DNA from: Gammaproteobacteria bacterium
GTDB taxonomy: Bacteria; Pseudomonadota; Gammaproteobacteria; JBAYZB01
Direction: 5' to 3'
Assembly (NCBI GenBank): GCA_041672765.1
Contig: JBAYZB010000002.1
Span: 1 to 47,437 of the forward strand
DNA length: 47,437 bases
The position numbers were made by a program, and so were the translations under genes. The notes beneath the pieces are model-generated. The model did not search any database. It saw only the letters and a program-made list of their open reading frames with translations, and was not told where the DNA came from. This document shows positions 9,041-16,664 of this stretch, in pieces (position 1 is the stretch's first letter; every line of letters begins with the position of its first letter).

Positions 9041-11023
9041 ATGTTCCTCAGGCGCACTCTCAAGCGGATCGGCATCGGTGCCACCGCTCTGGTTGTCGTG
9101 CTGTTGTTGATCGTGGCGGTCAGCGCCACCCTTCTCGACTGGAACATGCTGCGCGGATTCATCTCCCGCCAGGTCAGCGCCGCCATCGGCCGGGATTTCG
9201 CCATCAATGGCGATCTGGACGTCCGGTTCAGCTGGACCCCGACCATTCGCGCCGAGCAGCTCGCCTTGGCCAACGCCCAATGGAGCGGCAGCCGCCGCAT
9301 GGCGGACATCGAGATCCTGGAGTTACGCATCGATCTCGGTCGGCTGGTGCGAGGCGAGTTGGCCATTCCGGAAATCACCGTCGTGCAGCCCACCCTGCTG
9401 CTGGAAAGAAGCAAGGATGGCCAGGCCAATTGGCATTTCGGCCAACAGGACGGAAAAGCCCGCGGCGGCGAGCCTCCTGAAATCGGACGACTGAATATCC
9501 GGGGCGGTGTGGTGTTTTATCGCGATCCGGCCAACGATGCCTTTGTCCGAATGGACATATCCACGCGCCCCTCCGCATCGGAGTCGGACGAAGGGCTTCT
9601 CGCATTCGACGGAACGGGCCGCTTCCGGGGCCAGAAACTCGCCGTTCGCGGCAGCGCCGGGACTCTGCTTTCGCTGCGCTCACCCGGGAATCCCTACCCG
9701 GTCGACATCGAGGCGCGCGTTGGACAAACGCGGGTGGCTGTGCGGGGAACGTTGCACGACCCGTTGCGGCTCGCGGGGATGGATATCGACCTGCGGTTGG
9801 AGGGCCAGGATCTGGGCAAGCTCGGCGACATCACCCGCCTGCCCTTGCCCGGCACCCCGCCTTACACGCTGATCGGGCACGTCAACCACACCGGACAGAC
9901 CTGGAGGCTGTCCGATCTGCGCGGGACCCTGGGCGACAGCAGGATCACGGGCGACATCGTGGCGGAACTGGCGGGCGAACGGCCCATGTTCCGCGGGGAA
10001 CTCGTGGCGGCGCTGCTGGACCTGGACGACCTGGCCACACTCCTGGGAGCGGCGCCGGAGACCGACGCGGGGGAGACCGCATCGGCCGAGCAGAAACAGA
10101 AGGCGGCGCAGGCGCAACGCAAGCCCCGGATATTGCCCGATACGCCCTATCATCTCGCACGCCTGCGCAACGCCGACGCGGACGTCAAGTTCCGTGCGGC
10201 GCGCGTGCGCGGCGAGGCCATCGACGTGGAGCGGCTGGCCGGCCATCTCGTCCTGCGCAACGGAAAGCTCAAGATCGATCCTCTGAACTTCGAGGTGGCG
10301 AATGGCAGTGTCGTTTCCGATGTCACAGTCGATGCGGGCAAGGATACGCTGGCAACGGCGGCAGACATCACCATTCGGAACGTGGACCTGCACCAACTGT
10401 TTCCCGAGATCGAAGTGACAAAGGAGATCCTCACCCGGTTCGGCGGCCGTGCAACGCTCGCCTCGCGGGGCAACTCCCTGGCGGCGATGGCTGCCGGGCT
10501 CGATGGCGAGGCCAGTTTCGTGATGTCCGGCGGCCGGGTCAGCAACCTGCTGCTGGAGCTTGCGGGCATCGACGGCGGCGAGGCGTTGCGATTCTTCCTG
10601 GGAGGCGACGAAGAAGTTCCCATGCGCTGTACCCTGGTGGAGTTCAAGATCACCAACGGCGTGATGAACGCCAAGACCTTTGTCATCGATACGACGGATA
10701 CCAACATCCTGGGGGAAGGCCGGATCGATCTGGGCCAAGAGACACTGGATCTGACCTTCCGGCCGCAGCCGAAGGATCCCAGCATCTTCAGCTCCCGCGC
10801 CCCGCTCTACGTCACCGGCACGATGAAGGAGCCCGGCTTCGAGGTGGATAAGACGACCATCGCGGGACGTGTCGGCGCCGCGGTGGCGCTGGGCGTCCTG
10901 GTAAATCCGCTGGCGGCGCTGATACCATTGATCGAAACCGGCCCCGGGGAGGACGCGAACTGCGCCGCGCTGTTCGCACATGCCGGAAGCGCGCCGGACC
11001 CGAAGACCAAGTCCTTCCGCTAG
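9041..11023 (+). CDS. AsmA-family outer-membrane biogenesis / bridge-like lipid transport protein
   Basis: About 660 aa, with an N-terminal signal anchor (IGIGATALVVVLLLIVAV). The body is long, beta-rich and repetitive, with AsmA-type N- and C-terminal regions. Start is ATG 9041, with TTG 9035 as an alternative. Confidence 0.75.
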   Translation: MFLRRTLKRIGIGATALVVVLLLIVAVSATLLDWNMLRGFISRQVSAAIGRDFAINGDLDVRFSWTPTIRAEQLALANAQWSGSRRMADIEILELRIDLGRLVRGELAIPEITVVQPTLLLERSKDGQANWHFGQQDGKARGGEPPEIGRLNIRGGVVFYRDPANDAFVRMDISTRPSASESDEGLLAFDGTGRFRGQKLAVRGSAGTLLSLRSPGNPYPVDIEARVGQTRVAVRGTLHDPLRLAGMDIDLRLEGQDLGKLGDITRLPLPGTPPYTLIGHVNHTGQTWRLSDLRGTLGDSRITGDIVAELAGERPMFRGELVAALLDLDDLATLLGAAPETDAGETASAEQKQKAAQAQRKPRILPDTPYHLARLRNADADVKFRAARVRGEAIDVERLAGHLVLRNGKLKIDPLNFEVANGSVVSDVTVDAGKDTLATAADITIRNVDLHQLFPEIEVTKEILTRFGGRATLASRGNSLAAMAAGLDGEASFVMSGGRVSNLLLELAGIDGGEALRFFLGGDEEVPMRCTLVEFKITNGVMNAKTFVIDTTDTNILGEGRIDLGQETLDLTFRPQPKDPSIFSSRAPLYVTGTMKEPGFEVDKTTIAGRVGAAVALGVLVNPLAALIPLIETGPGEDANCAALFAHAGSAPDPKTKSFR

Positions 11024-11039
11024 CCGGCCGGACAACGCA

Positions 11040-12200
11040 ATGCAGGGGGGAACCGTGAGCCACCACCACCCGGAGTTTCCGCAGGATCCCGGCCTCATCT
11101 ACCTCAATCATGCCGCCGTTGCGCCCTGGCCGGCACGCACCGCGGAGGCCGTCCGGCGTTTTGCGGAAGAGAACCTGCGCGTCGGCGCGCTCCATTACGC
11201 GCGATGGCTGGAGACGGAACAGAACCTGCGGGAGAGCCTGCGCGCGCTGCTCAACGCCGCCAGCGCCGACGATATCGCGCTGCTGAAGAACACCTCGGAG
11301 GCCTTGTCGGTGGTCGCCCATGGCCTGGACTGGCGGCCGGGCGACGTGGTGATCACCGCGCGGCAGGAATTTCCCTCCAATCGCGTGGTGTGGGAATCCC
11401 TGCGTGAACAAGGCGTCGAGGTACGGCTGGCGGATCTTTCCGAAGCGGATACGCCGGAGGAGGCGCTCATTGCCCTGGCCGATGAGAGAACCAGGCTGCT
11501 TTCCATCAGCTCCGTTCAATACGGCACGGGCCTGCGCATGGATCTCGCCCGCCTGGGCCGGTATTGCCACGAACACGGCATCCTGTTCTGCATCGACGCG
11601 ATTCAGAGCCTCGGCGCCTTGCGTATGGACGTCCAGGCGATCCAGGCGGACTTCGTGATGGCGGACGGTCACAAGTGGATGCTGGGTCCCGAGGGATTGG
11701 CGGTATTCTATGCCACTCCCGGCGCCCGGGAGCGGTTGCGCCTGCGTCAATACGGCTGGCACATGCTGGAACATCCCGGCGATTACGACCGCTTGGATTG
11801 GCGCATCGCGCCCAACGCCCGCCGCTTCGAGTGCGGCAGCCCCAACATGCTCGGCATTCACGCCCTGCAGGCAAGCCTTTCGCTGCTGCATGAAACCGGC
11901 ATGGCCAACGTCGAGCGCGCGGTCCTGCAACGCGCCGTGCGTCTGTTCGATTTGATCCGGGAACACGACGAGCTGGAACTCCTGACGCCCACCGCCGCCG
12001 ACCGGCATGGCGGCATCGTCACGTTCCGGCACCGCACGGCCGATGCCGCCGCGCTCTGGCAGCACCTGACCCGTTGCGGCGTGGTTTGCGCCGTACGTGG
12101 CGGCGGCATCCGGTTCTCGCCCCATTTCTACACGCCGCTCGACCAACTCGAACGAGCCGTGGAATCGGTCCTGTCTTACAAGCCACACGCCGTTGCCTGA
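11040..12200 (+). CDS. Aminotransferase class-V fold PLP-dependent enzyme (SufS/CsdA-like but lacking the catalytic Cys loop)
   Basis: The PLP-lysine context is ADGHKWMLGPEG, and the RFECGSPNMLG motif matches RFEAGTPN of SufS. The C-terminus reads VRGGGIRFSPHFYT instead of the RxGHHCA loop. The ATG at 11040 lies 17 nt after the asmA-family stop. Confidence 0.75.
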   Translation: MQGGTVSHHHPEFPQDPGLIYLNHAAVAPWPARTAEAVRRFAEENLRVGALHYARWLETEQNLRESLRALLNAASADDIALLKNTSEALSVVAHGLDWRPGDVVITARQEFPSNRVVWESLREQGVEVRLADLSEADTPEEALIALADERTRLLSISSVQYGTGLRMDLARLGRYCHEHGILFCIDAIQSLGALRMDVQAIQADFVMADGHKWMLGPEGLAVFYATPGARERLRLRQYGWHMLEHPGDYDRLDWRIAPNARRFECGSPNMLGIHALQASLSLLHETGMANVERAVLQRAVRLFDLIREHDELELLTPTAADRHGGIVTFRHRTADAAALWQHLTRCGVVCAVRGGGIRFSPHFYTPLDQLERAVESVLSYKPHAVA

Positions 12201-12407
12201 CGGACGTGGCGGTGCCGGCGAACGCGCCGCTGCCAACCACCCGCAACTCTTTCGCCGTAACACACGCCGCATCGGACCGGCCGGCTACGCAGAAAACCAC
12301 CGGCATCACAGCTATCCTGCGGGACTTGCTTTATCCTGATGCGGTAGCTAATTTATGGCCGGGATGGCGCTCTGTTCCCACCGGCATGCCGGCAGCATTT
12401 TCTCTTA

Positions 12408-12437
12408 GATTTAAATCCTTACATAGCGATTTAAATC
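12408..12437. promoter_or_regulatory. Two perfect 10-bp palindromes GATTTAAATC spaced exactly 20 bp apart (candidate operator)
   Basis: Copies lie at 12408-12417 and 12428-12437. Each extends to the 11-bp direct repeat GATTTAAATCC. They sit 38-67 bp upstream of ATG 12475, in an AT-rich patch of a GC-rich genome. Confidence 0.45.
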
Positions 12438-12474
12438 CAATACCTGCAGATTCGTCTGTAACCTAACACTCGAT

Positions 12475-13533
12475 ATGGCAGCCAAACTCGCCAACAAGAA
12501 CGTCCTGCGCACTTTTACGCCCCTCAATGCCCTAGGGCCCGAGAATCTGATGGAGATTCTGGCGAAGGCCGTCGTCGGCGAGATGCCTGCTGGCCATTAC
12601 CTCTTCAAAGAGGGTGACGTCGACAAGCACGTGGTCTACATTCTGCAGGGCACGGTGGAATTGCTGGCCGACTCCCAGGCGGTCGGCGCCATCACGGGCG
12701 GAACCGCCGAGGCACGTCACCCGCTGGCCCCCGAGCAGCCGCGGAGATATTCCGCCCGGGCAAAGACCGCGGTGCAGTATGTGCGGATCGACCGCGATCT
12801 GCTCGACATCATGCTCACCTGGGACCAGTCCGTTACCTACGAAGTCGACGAACTGCTCATCGAAGAAGGGGAACAGACCGGCGACTGGATGACCCGCATT
12901 CTGCAGACCAAGGCCTTCTATCGCATCCCTCCCGCCAATATTCAGGCCATGTTCCTGCGCATGGAGCCGACGCGCTACATGGCAGGCGAAATCGTGGTCA
13001 AACAGGGCGATGAGGGCGATTACTTCTACATCATCAAGCAGGGGCGGTGTCAGGTGATCCGCGAGACCACCCGGCATCCCGAGGGAGTGGTGCTGGCGGA
13101 ACTCTCCACCGGGGACAGCTTCGGAGAGGAAGCCCTCATCTCCGAAAGCCGGCGCAACGCGACGGTAAAGATGGTGACGGACGGGGTGTTGATGCGCCTC
13201 GCCAAATCCGATTTTCTCACGCTGCTGAACGAACCCCTGCTCGACTGGGTGACCTACGAACAGGCAACCGCCATGGCCAAGGAAGGGGCTGTCTGGCTGG
13301 ACGTGCGACTGCCGAGTGAATACGACAAAAAGCACCTTCCCGGTGCGCGCAACATCCCGCTGTATTTCCTGCGGAACAAGCTGCGCGAACTGGACCCCAA
13401 TGGGCGCTATATCGTGTATTGCGATACCGGCCGGCGCAGCTCCGCCGCCGCGTATCTGCTCAACGAGCGCGGCTACAATGCCTGCGTGCTCAAGGAGGGC
13501 CTTGCCGGCGCCCGCCTGGTGCAGGCAGCCTGA
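12475..13533 (+). CDS. Tandem cyclic-nucleotide-binding domains fused to a C-terminal rhodanese domain
   Basis: The second CNB domain has a canonical phosphate-binding cassette (FGEEALISESRRNATVKM). The first CNB domain looks degenerate. The rhodanese domain shows WLDVRLPSEYDKKHLPGARNIP and the active-site loop YCDTGRRS. Confidence 0.85.
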   Translation: MAAKLANKNVLRTFTPLNALGPENLMEILAKAVVGEMPAGHYLFKEGDVDKHVVYILQGTVELLADSQAVGAITGGTAEARHPLAPEQPRRYSARAKTAVQYVRIDRDLLDIMLTWDQSVTYEVDELLIEEGEQTGDWMTRILQTKAFYRIPPANIQAMFLRMEPTRYMAGEIVVKQGDEGDYFYIIKQGRCQVIRETTRHPEGVVLAELSTGDSFGEEALISESRRNATVKMVTDGVLMRLAKSDFLTLLNEPLLDWVTYEQATAMAKEGAVWLDVRLPSEYDKKHLPGARNIPLYFLRNKLRELDPNGRYIVYCDTGRRSSAAAYLLNERGYNACVLKEGLAGARLVQAA

Positions 13534-13585
13534 GCCAGGCGCGCGCCGACCTCCTCACGAACGATCGAATCCCGCCCCACCCGCA

Positions 13586-15250
13586 TCAACCGGCACCTGC
13601 GGTGATCCCGGCGCCCGCGTTTGACGCAAGACCGGGAATCTCCGCGAAGTCCACCTCGTCGATCTGCTCGGGATCGAGATACTGTTCCGCGTAGCGGAGA
13701 TAAACCTTTTCCCGGATGAAGACCTCGAACAGATCCGGGTCGATGTGCCCGTCCAGGCTCATCCTGCCGAGGATCTTCAGCGCCTGCGACAGCGTCTTGC
13801 CGGTCTTGTAGGGCCGGTCCTTTGCGGTGAGCGCCTCGAAGATATCGGCGATGGCCATGATGCGGGCGGGGATCGACATCTGCTCGCCGGTCAACCCATT
13901 GGGATAACCGCGGCCGTCCATGCGCTCGTGATGGCCGCCGGCATACTCCGGAACGTTCCTGAGGTGCTTGGGGAACGGCAGCGACTCGAGCATCGCGATG
14001 GTCGCCACGCTGTGCTGGGCGATGACCTTGCGCTCCTCCGGGGTCAGTGTTCCGCGCGGAATGGTGAGATTGTATACCTCGTCCTCGGACAGCAACGGCG
14101 CCTCCCGGCCTTCGCAGTCCCGCCAAGTCTTCCTGGCGATGTCGCGCACCCGCTCCTGATCCGCGACGGACATGAATTCGTCGCCGATGTTGCAGCGGCG
14201 CAGGAAGTCCCGCTCTTCGTCGAGGCGACGCAGCGTATCCCGCAAATCGCGCTCCACTGCCGCCATGGCCGCAGGATCGTCGTTCCGTTGGGCCGCGAGC
14301 ATCTGCCGCAGCGCGCGGATCTCGGCCTCACGCTTCACCACTTCGAATCGCGTATCGATCAGATGGATGCGATCGAAGATGGTCTCCAACTTGGTTGCCT
14401 TGTCCATGATGTATTCGGGCGTGGTGATCTTGCCGCAGTCGTGCAGCCACGCAGCGATCTCCAGCTCACGGCGTTCGCTGTCCGTCAGCGAGAAATCCTT
14501 GAGCGGCTCGTCCTGGGCCCGGCACGCCTCCTCGGCCAGCATCATGGTCAGAACCGGAACCCGACGGCAATGCCCGCCCGTGTACGGCGACTTCTCGTCG
14601 ATGGCGGTCGCGATCAGGCGCGTGAAAGACTCGAACAGAAGATTGAGTTCGTCGATGAGTCTGCGGTTCGTCAATGCCACGGCCGCCTGCGACGCGAGCG
14701 CCTCCGCCAGACGCTGATCCTCGTACGAGAAGGCCACGATCTCCCCGGTTTCCCGGTGCTTGGCATTGATGAGTTGCAGCACGCCGATGATGTCGTTTTC
14801 GTGATTCTTCATCGGCACGGTAAGGAAGGAACGGGATCGGTAGCCGGTGCGCTTGTCGAATGTCCGCGTCCCCGAAAAATCGAACCCTGCCGTTTCATAC
14901 GCATCGAGGATGTTGATGGTTGCGTCATTCAGCACGGCATAGGTGACGACCATGCGGTCGTTCGGCCTGCCTGCGGCGTCGTAAAGCGGGATCGGATCGA
15001 ATGCAATCGGATCGCGCGCCGAACCGCCCATGGCGATCTGCAGGGAATCGTTCCTGAGGATCTCGAAGCGGAGCTGATCGTCTTCGGTGCGGATGTAAAG
15101 CGTTCCGCCATCGGCGTTGGTCAGTTCCTGAGCGCCGAGCAGGATTTTTTCGAGGAGTTGGTGGGTGTCGTGTTCGCCCGAGAGCGCTATTCCAATGGTG
15201 GTCAGTTGTTCGAGACGCTGCAAAATCGCGCCCGGATCCGGTACGTTCAT
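13586..15250 (-). CDS. GAF domain / HD-GYP domain protein (predicted c-di-GMP phosphodiesterase)
   Basis: The N-terminal GAF-like domain is followed by an HD motif (WLHDCGKITTP) and HHERMDGRGYPNGL. A long helical insert separates the HD and GYP halves. An AGGAG RBS precedes ATG 15250. Confidence 0.88.
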   Translation of the reverse strand: MNVPDPGAILQRLEQLTTIGIALSGEHDTHQLLEKILLGAQELTNADGGTLYIRTEDDQLRFEILRNDSLQIAMGGSARDPIAFDPIPLYDAAGRPNDRMVVTYAVLNDATINILDAYETAGFDFSGTRTFDKRTGYRSRSFLTVPMKNHENDIIGVLQLINAKHRETGEIVAFSYEDQRLAEALASQAAVALTNRRLIDELNLLFESFTRLIATAIDEKSPYTGGHCRRVPVLTMMLAEEACRAQDEPLKDFSLTDSERRELEIAAWLHDCGKITTPEYIMDKATKLETIFDRIHLIDTRFEVVKREAEIRALRQMLAAQRNDDPAAMAAVERDLRDTLRRLDEERDFLRRCNIGDEFMSVADQERVRDIARKTWRDCEGREAPLLSEDEVYNLTIPRGTLTPEERKVIAQHSVATIAMLESLPFPKHLRNVPEYAGGHHERMDGRGYPNGLTGEQMSIPARIMAIADIFEALTAKDRPYKTGKTLSQALKILGRMSLDGHIDPDLFEVFIREKVYLRYAEQYLDPEQIDEVDFAEIPGLASNAGAGITAGAG

Positions 15251-15412
15251 TATTGTTGTTCTCCTGGACTGCCGATCCGTCGTCGTGTTGTCGTCTAATG
15301 CCCGTTTATCTCGCCAGAATCACCTTCTTCCTTGATGGAGGCCACAACGCTCGAATTCGATCGCTGCGAACCGTTCGGCCAATGACAAATCAATGTCCCG
15401 TCTCGCTCGGGA

Positions 15413-16210
15413 TCAGGAAAGGTCGACACGGAAGAGATGCGAAAAATTCTCCGAAGTCGCGCGCGCGACCTCCTCTTCCGCCAAGCCGCGCAGCTCGGCA
15501 ATGCACTTCGCCACGTGGCAGACATACGCCGGCCGGTTCGGCTTGCTGCGGTGCGGCACCGGCGTCAAGTACGGGGAATCTGTCTCCACCAACAGGCGGT
15601 CGAGCGGCACGCGCTTGGCAACTTCCCGCAGCTCCTCGGCATTCCGGAAGGTCACGATCCCGGAAAAGGAGATGTAAAAACCGAGATCCAGGGCCTGACG
15701 GGCGGTATCCCAATCTTCCGTAAAGCAATGCAGGACGCCGCCGACCTCCGACGCCCCCTCCTCCCGCAGGATCTGCAGGCTGTCCGCGCGCGCCTCACGA
15801 CTATGGACGATGATCGGCTTGCCGGCAGCCTTGGCGGCGGCGATATGCCGGCGGAACCGCTCGCGTTGCCACTCCAGGTCGCCCTGGCTGCGATAGTAAT
15901 CCAGACCGGTTTCGCCGATGGCGATCACCCTGGGGTGTTGCGCCAGTTCGACAAGCCGCTCGACCGTCGGCTCCTCGCCCCCGGCATGATTGGGATGGAC
16001 ACCCACCGACACGTAAACCTCCGGATAGGGTTCCACCAGACGCAGCATCCCGGGAAAGGCCCCGAGACTGACGGACACACAGAGCATGTGGCCAACGCCA
16101 TGCTCTCGCGCCTCCTGCAACACCCCATCCAGCACGCCGTCAAACGGCGCGAGATCGAGGAGATCCAGGTGGCAATGCGAGTCGACGAGGAATGCTGCCT
16201 GTTTTGGCAT
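15413..16210 (-). CDS. tatD: TatD-family metal-dependent hydrolase (YcfH-like)
   Basis: The N-terminal VDSHCHLD motif, the 265-aa length and the position next to holB match E. coli ycfH. Confidence 0.9.
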   Translation of the reverse strand: MPKQAAFLVDSHCHLDLLDLAPFDGVLDGVLQEAREHGVGHMLCVSVSLGAFPGMLRLVEPYPEVYVSVGVHPNHAGGEEPTVERLVELAQHPRVIAIGETGLDYYRSQGDLEWQRERFRRHIAAAKAAGKPIIVHSREARADSLQILREEGASEVGGVLHCFTEDWDTARQALDLGFYISFSGIVTFRNAEELREVAKRVPLDRLLVETDSPYLTPVPHRSKPNRPAYVCHVAKCIAELRGLAEEEVARATSENFSHLFRVDLS

Positions 16211-16272
16211 GGGATGGCGGTCGGCAAATGGATAACAAATGGACGACGATGCGGGCTGTGGCCCGGCGCTGT

Positions 16273-16632
16273 TTACATGGTATGCGTGGGACGCTCGGCC
16301 TGCAGCGCCCCGGCCAGGTAGGTTTCGATCTTGTTGCGCGCCGCTCCGCCGTCCTGATCGCTGAACTGCACGCCGATGCCGGCGGCGCGGTTACCCTGGG
16401 CACCCTTCGGCGTGATCCACACGACCTTGCCGGCAACAGGAATCTTTTCGGGCTCGTCCATCAGCGTCAGCAGCATGAAGAGCTCCTCTCCGATCATGTA
16501 GTTCTTGGTCGTCGGAATGAAAAGCCCGCCGTTCTTGATGAACGGCATGTAGGCGGCGTAGAGGGCGCCTTTGTCCTTGATGGTCAGGGATAAAATCCCC
16601 TGTCGCGGCGGAATGGCAACCTTTTGGTTCAT
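16273..16632 (-). CDS. pilZ: Type IV pilus assembly PilZ (non-canonical PilZ domain)
   Basis: 119 aa, containing GILSLTIKDKGALYAAYMPFIKNGGLFIPT and KVVWITPKGAQGNRAAGIGVQF. This closely resembles the PA2960-type PilZ, recalled from memory. The gene lies in the holB-pilZ-tatD context. Confidence 0.85.
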   Translation of the reverse strand: MNQKVAIPPRQGILSLTIKDKGALYAAYMPFIKNGGLFIPTTKNYMIGEELFMLLTLMDEPEKIPVAGKVVWITPKGAQGNRAAGIGVQFSDQDGGAARNKIETYLAGALQAERPTHTM

Positions 16633-16664
16633 AGTGTCAAAGACCCCAAGTCAGCATTCCCCTC

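Noticed and set aside
10812-12272. 486-aa minus-strand ORF across the class-V PLP enzyme gene. Similar long antisense ORFs occur at 13745..15298, 22832..24196, 24224..25375, 25477..27207, 29117..30619, 31369..32556, 33025..34260, 39471..40760, 40685..41734 and 45177..46520.
   Set aside because: Each is antisense to, or out of frame with, a gene that carries clear family motifs. The translations are Arg/Pro/Gly/His-rich with no recognisable domains and no RBS. They are GC-driven artefacts.
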